Assembly: GCA_964457975.1 (NCBI GenBank)
Contig: CAYWGU010000001.1
Span: 1-60,620 of the forward strand
Direction: 5' to 3'
Source: an uncultured Spirochaetaceae bacterium
GTDB taxonomy: Bacteria; Spirochaetota; Spirochaetia; Sphaerochaetales; Sphaerochaetaceae
DNA: 60,620 nucleotides
Below are positions 1-9,650 of the stretch, in pieces (the first letter of the stretch is position 1; every line of letters starts with the position of its first letter). A program made the translations under genes and the position numbers. The notes under the pieces were generated by a model. The model was given only the letters and a program-made list of their open reading frames with translations. It was not told the DNA's origin and made no database searches.

Positions 1-2
1 TT

Positions 3-116
3 AAAATGCCAAGAGGGTATGGTTGGCTCCGAAATCCAAAACGATACATGTACAACAAAGTCTATCACAAAACCACCTTTGGTATGAGAGATTTATTCAA
101 AGGATTATTTAAATAA
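3..116 (+). CDS. 3' end of an ORF cut by the window edge, product unknown (...RGYGWLRNPKRYMYNKVYHKTTFGMRDLFKGLFK*)
   Basis: The frame is open from nt 3 to TAA at 114-116. A diverged second copy of the same tail lies at 2021-2116, and several of its differences are synonymous third-position changes, which argues that the sequence is coding. Confidence 0.35.
   Translation, partial: KMPRGYGWLRNPKRYMYNKVYHKTTFGMRDLFKGLFK
27..116 (+). repeat. Copy 1 of a ~90-bp direct repeat (a coding tail) flanking the IS
   Basis: The core 43-88 matches 2037-2082 at 38/46 nt by hand alignment. Weaker similarity continues on both sides. Confidence 0.7.
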
Positions 117-120
117 TTTC

Positions 121-2020
121 GGTTAATTAAATTTCACCAATTTTCTGGACTACAGAAATTACCCTAAGCTATATTGTTGTAACCCAATCAAGTATTATGT
201 AATGTGAAAAGTCTTGCTATTCTGCTTTTTCTCAACCAAAGCCCTGGAAAAGCTATTCTTTTGTCATTGTCTTATACTTAATTTTACAAAATGAATAAAA
301 TAATTCTAGAGATATGGTTCAATTTTTGTGTATAATATACCATATATTTAAGGAGCTTTTCATCATGGGTGTTTCAGAAAAGATACGTAAAGTAGACAGA
401 CCCAAAAATACTATTGTTGAAGACAATGGCAGAGAAGGAGTGAACAGATATTCCGTGCGTGTCAGGTCAGGAATAAAGTACATCAAGAATGGAAACCCAC
501 AACCAGGAAACGGTAGAGTCATTGGACATATTATAAATGAACGTTTTGTGCCGGTTACTGATGGGATTTCTGATATTCCAGATTCTCTTTCATATGGGGG
601 AGCAGCCTTTGTAAAATCCATTTCAGATGACATTTTTGAAGATCTTCTTGCAGTATATCCCCCAAATGAATCCTCCGTAATCATGGCGATTGCAATGCTT
701 AAGGTCTTAAGACCAGGAATAGCAGCCAACAGGTATTCCACTCACTATGAGAGGACATTCATATCCAAATATTATCCGAATGTGGCCCTGAGTAAAAATT
801 CTGTAGGATTACTCTTCAAAAAGCTCACAATGGATGGAGAAAAGAGAAAAGCCTTCTACTCGGCGAGGATTGCTAGAGTAGAATCAGAACACCATATTGC
901 CATCGACGGGACATTGAAGCAGGATACCAGCAATGTGAATGACCTTTCAGCCTTTTCATATAAGGCTCGAGTAAAAGGATACAAGGATGTCTCAGTGCTA
1001 TATGCATATAGAATGGAGACAATGGAGCCTTTGTGCGCTGAGGTTTTTCCAGGAAAAAGCATAGATGCTAGCTCTTTCTCTGCATTCATCAACGACAACA
1101 ATATCAATAAGGGCATAATAGTAGCAGATAAAGGGTTTCCAATCAGTTCGATTGCAGAAGACCTGAAGTCTCGACCAGAACTCCATTTCATGACACCTAT
1201 AAGAAGGGTTGACCATAGAATTCATGATAATAGCATGTTGGACTTCAATGAAGTTGTCACTGACACAGACAAGAGTGTTGTCGGGAAAAAGGTTGAACTT
1301 AAGAATGGCAGATATCTTTATTCATTTAGAGATTCTTATCTTGCAAGCAAAGAAGACCAATCATTCATTACCAGATCAAAGAAGAAAAAGTTTTTCATTA
1401 GTGAGCCATCCTTATCTCACAAGGATAGGTATGATGTTATTGTTTTCGAATCGGACCTGGATTTGTCCCTTAGCCAGGTTTACAAGAGCTATGCGGATAG
1501 ATGGTTGCTTGAGCTTCTTTTCGCTCAGTATAAGGGCGAAGAATGCCTAGACTCAACCAACGTACAAGGAGATTATTCTCTTATTGGAGTAGAGTTTGTA
1601 AACTTCATAGCCACGCTTATGAACTCCAGAATGGTGCGAAAGGCCAGTAATGCAAAACTGCTAGATGTTATGACTTATGGGGATTTGATGGAAGACCTTT
1701 CATCCGCATGGCGGAAAAGCAACTCAACGGGGATTCCGAGATCAAACGATAAGAAATGGCTCCATACCTTACCGTCAGTTTTGGTATTGCTGGAGGAACT
1801 TGAACTATCTGAACCCTTGATAAAAGAGCCAAAGATGCGAGGAATACCTAAGAAAGAATCAGTCACCCAGCATAAAACAGACTAGAAATAGCCCGTTTTA
1901 TATTGAAAAGTTTTTATTTTTTTTATTAGCTACATGTAAATATAGTAATATTAATATTATTGATTTGTTTATCAAGTCGTAATACAAAAGAGTTGCATGA
2001 ATAGTTTGTATTTAATTAAA
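121..2020 (+). mobile_element. Insertion sequence, IS4-superfamily (IS1634-like); boundaries approximate
   Basis: It holds a single DDE transposase ORF with about 250 bp of upstream and 135 bp of downstream non-coding flank. The only candidate ends are TTAATTAAAT at 123-132 and its reverse complement at 2010-2019, which is a weak AT-rich palindromic match. Confidence 0.45.
365..1885 (+). CDS. DDE transposase, IS4/IS1634-like
   Basis: The DDE triad candidates are IAIDGT, IIVADKGF and YADRWLLELLF (a Y-x2-R-x3-E signature). The start was moved to the ATG at 365 (MGVSEKIRKV), which lies 9 nt after AAGGAG. Confidence 0.8.
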   Translation: MGVSEKIRKVDRPKNTIVEDNGREGVNRYSVRVRSGIKYIKNGNPQPGNGRVIGHIINERFVPVTDGISDIPDSLSYGGAAFVKSISDDIFEDLLAVYPPNESSVIMAIAMLKVLRPGIAANRYSTHYERTFISKYYPNVALSKNSVGLLFKKLTMDGEKRKAFYSARIARVESEHHIAIDGTLKQDTSNVNDLSAFSYKARVKGYKDVSVLYAYRMETMEPLCAEVFPGKSIDASSFSAFINDNNINKGIIVADKGFPISSIAEDLKSRPELHFMTPIRRVDHRIHDNSMLDFNEVVTDTDKSVVGKKVELKNGRYLYSFRDSYLASKEDQSFITRSKKKKFFISEPSLSHKDRYDVIVFESDLDLSLSQVYKSYADRWLLELLFAQYKGEECLDSTNVQGDYSLIGVEFVNFIATLMNSRMVRKASNAKLLDVMTYGDLMEDLSSAWRKSNSTGIPRSNDKKWLHTLPSVLVLLEELELSEPLIKEPKMRGIPKKESVTQHKTD

Positions 2021-2116
2021 CAGCGGAAGTTTGGATGATACATGTACAACGAAGTTTGTCACAAGACTACCATTGGTTTGATTGTGTTATTAAAATGGAT
2101 ATTTAGACAATTATAA
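2021..2116 (+). repeat. Copy 2 of the coding tail; a 3' gene remnant abutting the IS
   Basis: It reads ...KFG*YMYNEVCHKTTIGLIVLLKWIFRQL*. Where copy 1 has CGA (Arg) this copy has TGA. There is no upstream ORF, so it is a remnant. Confidence 0.6.
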
Positions 2117-2203
2117 AGAATGATTTCTGTAAAATGTATAAGGCACAATAAAGCAAATGGTGCTACAATATATTATCATTCACATTTAGAGAAATAAGAA
2201 TTA

Positions 2204-3250
2204 ATGAAAGATATAATTTATGACGATATATTTAAGGTCGTAGAACATTTTGATAAAAACCATTATCTTTTAAAGCTGAAAAAAGAATATGAGAGAAGGA
2301 AGGTAAGTAGCAGTAAACCCATTATTGATGAAGTTGAAAAATATCCATTACCTGGTACAGGTAATGATATTAAGGTCGAAAATGGTAAGTTAACCCTTTA
2401 TAGAGGGGAGAACCATTATTTTAAACAATGTGTTGCAAATTTATATAGAGATAGATCTCTTGAAAAAGAAGAAGATTTAATGGATATAGCAATTGATAGA
2501 ATTAAAATATCCGACTTCAAGCAAATTCTTTTGCATTTTCCTCAAATTAAAAAAGCAATTGATGATAAATATTATGTAGATTTTAAAGCTATAGCTCAAC
2601 ATTATGGTCTTAGAACCAGTTACATAGATTTGACATCAGATATAGTAACTGGTTTGTTCTTTGCATCAACCATAAATTTAGATAAACATTCATATAAACC
2701 TATTTCAAAAGGCTATGGATATCTTAGAGGATATATTATTGAAGATTTAGATAACAACTTAAAGATGAGATCTATTGGACTTCAACCTTTCTTAAGACCT
2801 GCTAGACAGGATGCTTTTGTATATGAAGCTCGATTGAATGAAGATTTGAATAAGACAGCTGATTTTATCATTAAATTCAGACAGACTGAATTAAACTATT
2901 TATTTTATATGCTCTGTGAAACACCTGTAAAAGGGAAGGAAAAGTTTTGGCCACAAGAAAGGCAGGTAGCTTACTTTCCAAATGAACCTGATATCATAAA
3001 TGCATCAAATTTTATCAGCATAACAAATTCACTTACCATTTATAGTGTCAAAAAATATTGCACAAGAAATAAAGAAAATCTCGATTCCTTTATAAAGAAG
3101 TTAGATAGAAGAGGATTTGACGTTGTTGATGAGTCTAGTTTTGATGTAAATTCAATTGATTTGGATAGAGCAAATAGTGAGATTGAAGAGCGCTTGTTTG
3201 AAAAAGGAAAGATATTTTCCTTTGATCATTTACCAACCTTTGATAGATAA
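2204..3250 (+). CDS. FRG-domain protein
   Basis: It carries LYRG (an FRG-like motif) and AIAQHYGLRTSYIDLTSDIVTGLFFAS, which resembles the AQHYGLPTRLLDWT...ALFFA core of Pfam FRG. A later RPARQDAFVY motif is also present. Confidence 0.7.
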   Translation: MKDIIYDDIFKVVEHFDKNHYLLKLKKEYERRKVSSSKPIIDEVEKYPLPGTGNDIKVENGKLTLYRGENHYFKQCVANLYRDRSLEKEEDLMDIAIDRIKISDFKQILLHFPQIKKAIDDKYYVDFKAIAQHYGLRTSYIDLTSDIVTGLFFASTINLDKHSYKPISKGYGYLRGYIIEDLDNNLKMRSIGLQPFLRPARQDAFVYEARLNEDLNKTADFIIKFRQTELNYLFYMLCETPVKGKEKFWPQERQVAYFPNEPDIINASNFISITNSLTIYSVKKYCTRNKENLDSFIKKLDRRGFDVVDESSFDVNSIDLDRANSEIEERLFEKGKIFSFDHLPTFDR

Positions 3251-3426
3251 TTTAACCCTATAATTATTAAACCGTACTAAAATTGTAGGAATTAAAACAT
3301 ATTTCTATAATTTACCCATTTTATTTAATAAATGTAGTTTACTTTTTTTCCAAACTTAGTATTCTTGAGTTATAGATGTAATTTTACTTAATTGCATTTT
3401 ATAAGAGAATTTATTGAGGTAGTAGA

Positions 3427-4065
3427 ATGGAAAATAATGATAGCAAGAAATCAAATTGGGTTTATACCGATATCGTAAAAGATCACTTTAAAAATCCAAG
3501 AAACATATGGAAAAAAGAGGATACCTTTGAACCTGATGGTGTTGGTGAAGTTGGAGCTATTTCCTGTGGAGACCAAATGAAAATTGGTATCACAGTGAAA
3601 GATGATAAAATTACCAAACTAAAATGGAAAACATATGGTTGTGCATCTGCTATTGCAAGTACTTCAATGATTAGTGAAATAGCGGTAAATATGAGTTTAT
3701 CTGAAGCTTATAATCTTTCTGCCAGTGATATAACAAATAAACTTGGATCCCTTCCAGCTAATAAAATTCATTGCTCAGTATTGGGTGATGATGCATTACG
3801 AACTGCAATTGACGATTATCTGTTCAAGCATGATCTTGATAACCCCTATAATAAAAGTGCTTTAAGAAAGATCTGTAAATGTAAGGATATTACCAACAGG
3901 GATGTAAAAGACCTACACGACCAATTAGGCGTTAACACCTTAGAAGATTTACAGCAAATTACAAACTATGGAACTGTATGTGGTGCATGTAAGGACGATA
4001 TGAAAGCTGAATTTGAAAAAGTAATGAGGGAAAGCGAAAACCAAGAACCGTCTACTCTTTATTAA
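3427..4065 (+). CDS. nifU: NifU/IscU-like Fe-S scaffold domain fused to a BFD-like [2Fe-2S] domain; lacks the C-terminal Nfu domain
   Basis: The scaffold cysteines are present (SCGDQM, YGCASAIASTS, KIHCSVLGDDAL). They are followed by C-x-C...C-x2-C (ICKCKD...GTVCGACKDD). The RBS is GAGGT. Confidence 0.75.
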   Translation: MENNDSKKSNWVYTDIVKDHFKNPRNIWKKEDTFEPDGVGEVGAISCGDQMKIGITVKDDKITKLKWKTYGCASAIASTSMISEIAVNMSLSEAYNLSASDITNKLGSLPANKIHCSVLGDDALRTAIDDYLFKHDLDNPYNKSALRKICKCKDITNRDVKDLHDQLGVNTLEDLQQITNYGTVCGACKDDMKAEFEKVMRESENQEPSTLY

Positions 4066-4205
4066 AATATATTTATAATTAGAGAATGTCTAATTAATGC
4101 TCCTCACTCTATCGTGGTGAGCCTTTTATTCTTTCTACAAAATGAAAGTTTTTTGATAGATCTTAATACAATTCATCAACAATTTTAACTTAGAAAATAC
4201 AATAA

Positions 4206-4850
4206 TTATAATTCATAATTATTGTTGGTAGCATACAAAAAATCATGTACCTTTTTTTTTGACTGAAATTCTCCAACATAGACGAGGGTATCATTTATAT
4301 TTAATTGAAATATAGGGCCAGGGGAGATGCAGTTAATGCCATCATGTTGTATAGCAACAACTGTTGCTCCTGTATTTTGCCAGAAGTTTATAGCAGATAT
4401 ATTTTTTCCAACAAAGAAACATTCTTCTGTGATTAAAATATCTTCAGGAATTATGGATGTGACTTTACTGTAATAGTTTATTCTCTCTAGTAAATCATTG
4501 AAAGTTTCTTGCATATCTTTCATGTTATTTATGTTTTCTTTTATTTGATTGTTAAGAGTCATTGTAATATCTAAGGTATTGCTTAAATATTTCATATGAG
4601 TCAAAAATTCCATTGCTTTTGTAGCTGATATTATCAATACACCAGAATTTTTTTTAACAGTCACAACACCTGCATCTGCAAGTACAGAAACCGCACGCCG
4701 TGCTGTTTCTGTTGATACACCATACTTTACAACCAAGGAAGTTTTGGTATATATGCGGTCGCCTTCCTTGTATTCTCCCTCACAAATAGCATGCGCTATG
4801 TTGATTGCAATCTTTTTATAACTCGGAATGTTGTTTTTCACGTTTTTCAT
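4206..4850 (-). CDS. busR: GntR-family wHTH regulator with coiled coil and C-terminal RCK_C/TrkA-C domain (BusR-like)
   Basis: The N-terminus has a GntR-type HTH (YGVSTETARRAVSVLADAGVV). A heptad-like linker follows, and the C-terminal ~80 aa have the RCK_C pattern (VGKNISAINFWQNTGATVVAIQHDG...NDTLVYVG). The gene sits directly downstream of an OpuA-type operon. Confidence 0.7.
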   Translation of the reverse strand: MKNVKNNIPSYKKIAINIAHAICEGEYKEGDRIYTKTSLVVKYGVSTETARRAVSVLADAGVVTVKKNSGVLIISATKAMEFLTHMKYLSNTLDITMTLNNQIKENINNMKDMQETFNDLLERINYYSKVTSIIPEDILITEECFFVGKNISAINFWQNTGATVVAIQHDGINCISPGPIFQLNINDTLVYVGEFQSKKKVHDFLYATNNNYEL

Positions 4851-5039
4851 ATTCTTGGCCTTTTTAGAAAAAATATTCTTCCTATCTTTTTATATTACAC
4901 TGAACACTTCTGTCAATATTTAATAACCGAAATAATTACTTATGTTATAAAAAAGATTATCATCTTGGAGACCAAGGGTTTCCAAGATGATAGAAGATAT
5001 AATTAATATCAATAACTTAATAACTTAATAACTATTATA

Positions 5040-6590
5040 CTATATCAAGTTTTTATCTGTTAGCATTAATTTTGCAACATTTTTAACATCAGCACCTTCA
5101 TCTACCATTAAATTATAATACTGCATATCCTGATCAGTCCACATATTTTTTAGCTTATTAAGAGCATCTACAACATCTGGATGAGCTGCTGCAAAACTTA
5201 GCTTCATAACAGGTGTACAGTAATATGGTGGGAATACATTCTTGTCATCTTTAAGTTGAACTAGATTGTATTTAGCAAGTCTACCATCTGTTGCATAAGA
5301 CTCACTAATGTCTACTTCACCAGTTACCAAAGCATTATATGTAATACCCATATCCATGGCTTTATAAGCTCCAAATTCAAATCCATATTCCTTTTCAACT
5401 GCAGGAAGCCCATCAATTTCTCTTGCACCAAATTCAATATCTCCTCCTAGTAGTAAGGTAGAAGCTATAGGCTCAAGGTCTGAAATACTTTCTACTCCAT
5501 ATTTTTCAATAAATTCAGGAGTGACAGTTAATGTATAAGTATTGTTAAAACCATAAGGCTCTAACCAAGTAATCCCATATTGCTCTTCACAAAGATCTTT
5601 GCAAATTTTATAGGTCTCTTCTGCACTAAGAATTTTTGTTTGTTTAAGTACTGAAGAGTACATTGTACCTGTATATTCATTGTATATATCAACATCATTA
5701 CTAACTAAAGCATTAAAACAAAGCATTGAACCACCAAGTTCTTTTACTTCAACATCATAACCAAGACTTTCAAGATATTGTCCTGTCATCTGACCCATTA
5801 TTCTCTGTTCTGTATAGTTTTTATTTACTATTGTAATTGTGCCTTTCTTTTGAAAGTTAGACCTAAAAATAAGAGTAAGGATTGCAACAAAAACCAAAAC
5901 TGTAATAATAATATTTCGTTTGATATGTTTCTTTTTCTTTTTCTTAGGGCTCTTACTAGTCTCAGGTTTTAAACCCTCAGATGTTAATTTTTTCTCAACA
6001 ATTCCAAGTCCGAAATCAGCTAATAAAGCAAGTCCTGCAGATAATACTGCACCAGTTAGAATCATAGGTTGATTGAATGTGCTAAGTCCTTGATAAATAA
6101 AATCACCTAAGCCTCCAGCAGCAATCAAAGTAGCAATGGTTGTTACACCTATGCTTGTTACAGTTGCAATTCTAACACCACCCATAATAATGGATATTGA
6201 AAGAGGAACTTCAACCATAAACATTATCTGGAATCTACTCATTCCCATTCCCTTAGCTGCTTTAATAATAGCTGGATCCACACTTCGGATACCGAGTAAT
6301 GTGTTCTTAAGGATTGGAAGCAATGCATACAAAAATAGTGCAAAGATTGCAGGTTTTAACCCAATACCAAATATTGGTAATGCAAATGCGAACATTGCAA
6401 GAGATGGTATTGTCTGAATAATATTGGCAAATCCAAGTACTATTTTAGATGCTTTTTTATGGCCTACAATTAGAAATCCAACTGGAATTCCAACCAAACA
6501 TGCAAGAAGCACTGCTGATAGAGATAAAGATACGTGCTCAAGAGTTTTTTGAAATATCTCTGATCCATGTGTTAGCATAAAATTTAACAT
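5040..6590 (-). CDS. opuABC: Glycine betaine/osmolyte ABC transporter, fused permease and substrate-binding protein (OpuABC/BusAB type)
   Basis: The N-terminal half is a multi-TM BPD-type permease. A poly-Lys linker and one TM follow, then a C-terminal periplasmic betaine-binding-type domain. Its ATG overlaps the upstream stop (TAATG). Confidence 0.8.
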   Translation of the reverse strand: MLNFMLTHGSEIFQKTLEHVSLSLSAVLLACLVGIPVGFLIVGHKKASKIVLGFANIIQTIPSLAMFAFALPIFGIGLKPAIFALFLYALLPILKNTLLGIRSVDPAIIKAAKGMGMSRFQIMFMVEVPLSISIIMGGVRIATVTSIGVTTIATLIAAGGLGDFIYQGLSTFNQPMILTGAVLSAGLALLADFGLGIVEKKLTSEGLKPETSKSPKKKKKKHIKRNIIITVLVFVAILTLIFRSNFQKKGTITIVNKNYTEQRIMGQMTGQYLESLGYDVEVKELGGSMLCFNALVSNDVDIYNEYTGTMYSSVLKQTKILSAEETYKICKDLCEEQYGITWLEPYGFNNTYTLTVTPEFIEKYGVESISDLEPIASTLLLGGDIEFGAREIDGLPAVEKEYGFEFGAYKAMDMGITYNALVTGEVDISESYATDGRLAKYNLVQLKDDKNVFPPYYCTPVMKLSFAAAHPDVVDALNKLKNMWTDQDMQYYNLMVDEGADVKNVAKLMLTDKNLI

Positions 6591-7732
6591 TAGTAGTCCT
6601 CCTTACCAGGCATTATCTGACTGAGAACATTCAAAATTGAAGTGTTACTCATCATACCTATAAGATATTTTTCTTCATCTAAAACTGGACTGTGTGTCAA
6701 ACCTTTATCTTCTCTTATAGTCATTATTTCAGCTAAGCTCATTTCTGGATTAAATCCAGTATAGTCTTTCTTCATAATATCCCTGACTTTGATGGTATGA
6801 TCACCAATTCCATTAAATCTGTTTTGACCTAGAAGTCCAAGTAATTTATAATTATCACCTTTTACTCTATCCACTACACATAAAATAGTTGTTTTATGAT
6901 CTTTCATTATTTCAATAGCTTGTGCTACAGATCTGTCTGGACGTATTATTGCAAAGTCCTTATCCATAACATCAGATGCAGTTAACATATCAGGTGTTTT
7001 CCAAAGTCTATTTGATCCTACAAATTTTTCTACAAATTCATTTGCAGGATTCTTCAATATTTCTTCAGCACTATCAAGTTGAGCAATTTTACCATGTTGC
7101 ATTACTGCAATTCTATCTCCAAGCTTAATTGCTTCATCAATATCATGTGTTACAAAAATAATAGTTTTATTTAATTCTTCATGAAGTTTTAATAACTCAT
7201 CTTGAAGTTGTTCTCTAGTTATTGGATCCAATGCGGAAAAAGGTTCATCCATCAATATTAAATCAGGTTCATTAATTAATGCTCTAGCAACACCAACTCT
7301 TTGCTGTTGTCCACCCGATAATTGTTTGGGATAACGATTAGCATATTCATCATAATCTAAGTTAACCATATCCATATACTTTTTAACTTTTTTGGTTATT
7401 TCTTCTTCATCAATATCCTGTAACTTCAATAGTGTTGCTACATTTTCTGCAATATTCCAATGTGGAAACAAACCAACATTTTGTATTACATATCCTATCT
7501 GTCTTCTGAGTTTTATTGAATCAATGGTGCTTATATCTGTACCATTAATCTCAATTGTGCCTTGAGTTGGTCCAATCAATCGGTTGAGCATTTGCATAGT
7601 TGTGGTTTTACCACATCCACTTTCTCCAACTAGAACCAATAATTCGCCATCATTTATTGTTAAACTTAGGTCATCGATAACATCAATCTTGCTGTTTTTA
7701 AATCTTTTAAAAACGTGTTTATATTCTATCAT
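6590..7732 (-). CDS. opuAA: Glycine betaine/osmolyte ABC transporter ATP-binding protein with tandem CBS domains (OpuAA/BusAA type)
   Basis: It has Walker A (GESGCGKTT), the signature LSGGQQQRV, Walker B (LILMDEP) and a C-terminal CBS pair. The start was moved to the ATG at 7732 (MIEYKHVF), which follows GAGGAGG. Confidence 0.85.
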   Translation of the reverse strand: MIEYKHVFKRFKNSKIDVIDDLSLTINDGELLVLVGESGCGKTTTMQMLNRLIGPTQGTIEINGTDISTIDSIKLRRQIGYVIQNVGLFPHWNIAENVATLLKLQDIDEEEITKKVKKYMDMVNLDYDEYANRYPKQLSGGQQQRVGVARALINEPDLILMDEPFSALDPITREQLQDELLKLHEELNKTIIFVTHDIDEAIKLGDRIAVMQHGKIAQLDSAEEILKNPANEFVEKFVGSNRLWKTPDMLTASDVMDKDFAIIRPDRSVAQAIEIMKDHKTTILCVVDRVKGDNYKLLGLLGQNRFNGIGDHTIKVRDIMKKDYTGFNPEMSLAEIMTIREDKGLTHSPVLDEEKYLIGMMSNTSILNVLSQIMPGKEDY

Positions 7733-7764
7733 CAATCCTCCTCTATAATATTTAATATGTTTAA

Positions 7765-7814
7765 TTTGCAAAAAAAAGTACTCTTATTTAATCTAAAAAA
7801 AGAGTTTTTGCAAA
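7765..7814 (-). promoter_or_regulatory. 50-nt imperfect inverted repeat in the opuA leader, bounded by two TTTGCAAA palindromes
   Basis: TTTGCAAA occurs at 7765-7772 and 7807-7814. The inner arms are ACTCTT/AAGAGT. On the minus strand the hairpin is followed by a T8 run, 33 nt upstream of the opuAA start. Confidence 0.4.
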
Positions 7815-7830
7815 TCAAAGTGACAACCCA

Positions 7831-7859
7831 ATAATACAACTAGGTTGTATATTGGTCAA
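7831..7859 (-). promoter_or_regulatory. Putative sigma70-type promoter of the opuA operon
   Basis: Read on the minus strand it is TTGACC (7859-7854), 17 nt, TATTAT (7836-7831). Confidence 0.4.
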
Positions 7860-8230
7860 TATAGTTATTATAAACAAAAAAGTAATGATTGTTTGGTACA
7901 TACTGATAATAACTATTATAAAAAATAAATTAGGATTTAGAAGAATTTACTCTCATAAAGTGTTTATGGGTAATGATTAAGTAAAATAATTAAATAGTAA
8001 GATAATTATAGAGCACTTTTCAAGCTTAATATAAAAAATAAAAGATTTCTTAATTAATAATGCAACTTTCTCAGGTAAATTCTATAGAGACTTCTTGAGA
8101 CGTTCCAGGATGCTTAAAGTTTTATAATAAAATTTATAATTGTTGGTGTAAAGATGTTTGCACCCTAAACACTTGGGTTGAAAATAAAATATTTATGCAT
8201 GCTGATTTATAATAGGGGAGGATAATGCTG

Positions 8231-9130
8231 TTATAAAAACATCATTGCAACACCGACTACTGAAATAATAGTACCAAGTATTTCTAATGCTTTTACATGT
8301 TTTTTCATGAATATTAATTCGTATAATAGAATAAAAATAGGACTAATTTGAACTATAGCCGTTACAAGTCCAACTGGTGAATAATTGAAAGCAGTTAATA
8401 ATAAAGACATACCAATTATTGGGCCAGTAATAGTAGCTATTAAAAGTAATGATAAATCTTGTTTGTTTTTAAAGGATATGAAATCATTCTTAAATTCCTT
8501 TCTGAAAAATATAGCAAATATTGTTGCTCCAATTAAACCACCAATCATCCTAATTGAATTTGCACTTATGGGACTCACATTCGATAAAGCACCTTTAGCT
8601 AAAATACTAGAAGTAGCTTGTAGTATAGCTGCAAGAAAAGCAAATACAGTGCCTTTAATGAGATTCTTTTTTTTATTTACGTCTTTTTCTTTATTTTGAT
8701 TAAGAATTAATATTATTATTCCAGAAATAGTAATTAGAATTGCAACCATTTGAAGAATAGTAAGAACTTCTTTAAAGAATAAATAGGATAGAATGGAACT
8801 GAATATAGGATTGAGAGTCATTATTACCATAGTTTCTCTTGGGCCTATATTGGAAAAAGCCCAAAATAGTAAAGAGTCACAGAAAAAATATCCAAGTAAT
8901 CCTGAGAGTAATAACACCATCCAATTATTTAATGTTGCTTGAGCAAAAAAATTACCTTCACTAACTAGTGCTATTATTATAATTATTGGAACTGCTATCC
9001 AAAGTCTAACGTGTACTGTTGCCTTAACAGATACCTTTTTACCTAGATAAGAATAAATGATTGAGTTTTCAGCATATGTAAGAGCTGCAATTATTGCTAG
9101 TATTTGGCCTATAAGTAAGTTAGAGAGCAT
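8231..9130 (-). CDS. EamA/DMT-family transporter
   Basis: It is a ~10-TM hydrophobic protein with a two-fold internal repeat typical of the drug/metabolite transporter superfamily. Confidence 0.65.
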   Translation of the reverse strand: MLSNLLIGQILAIIAALTYAENSIIYSYLGKKVSVKATVHVRLWIAVPIIIIIALVSEGNFFAQATLNNWMVLLLSGLLGYFFCDSLLFWAFSNIGPRETMVIMTLNPIFSSILSYLFFKEVLTILQMVAILITISGIIILILNQNKEKDVNKKKNLIKGTVFAFLAAILQATSSILAKGALSNVSPISANSIRMIGGLIGATIFAIFFRKEFKNDFISFKNKQDLSLLLIATITGPIIGMSLLLTAFNYSPVGLVTAIVQISPIFILLYELIFMKKHVKALEILGTIISVVGVAMMFL

Positions 9131-9650
9131 TGATTGTTTCCTAGATGTATTTTTATTTATTATTTTATATATAACTTAATCATTTATACCTTTTTACTCA
9201 ATATTAGTGAATATAAAAGGTTTTATTTTTTATGTTAAGTGTTTTTACATTTGATGGGTATCGGGGTAAAAAGACCATCACTGAACTTATTTCCAGGGAT
9301 AATCAATAAACAAGGTTTCTATTTTATTGTGTTAAAGACTAGAGAGAATTAGAAAATTAGAAAATTACTTTAAAACTCTTTAATTTTTAATTAATTAGAA
9401 GTTTATAATAAATAAGTTTCAAAGGGTTGTAATTAGTTTGAGTTAGTTGTATTTTACTGCTTGTAATAGTTCTTCTTTTGTTGTTAAGGTTATGGCTAAA
9501 TTAAACAATAAAAAAAGGGCTATTACTTTTTTATCATAAATTTACTTAATATAACTTGTTAAATTAAGAGGTTTTATGATTTTTAATAATACCCAATTTT
9601 TATTAGATTCTTGATTTAATAAATCAAAAGAAAAGAAACATCAATAATAA

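Noticed and set aside
123-2019. TTAATTAAAT (123-132) and its reverse complement (2010-2019) are possible IS terminal inverted repeats.
   Set aside because: The match is only about 11 nt, is AT-only and contains the self-complementary TTAATTAA, so it would arise easily by chance. I kept it only as an approximate boundary, not as evidence.
9347-9368. A short tandem repeat, GAATTAGAAAATTAGAAAATTA, lies in the 520-bp spacer downstream of the EamA gene.
   Set aside because: It has only two units of 8 nt in very AT-rich DNA, which is compatible with chance or slippage, and no associated structure.
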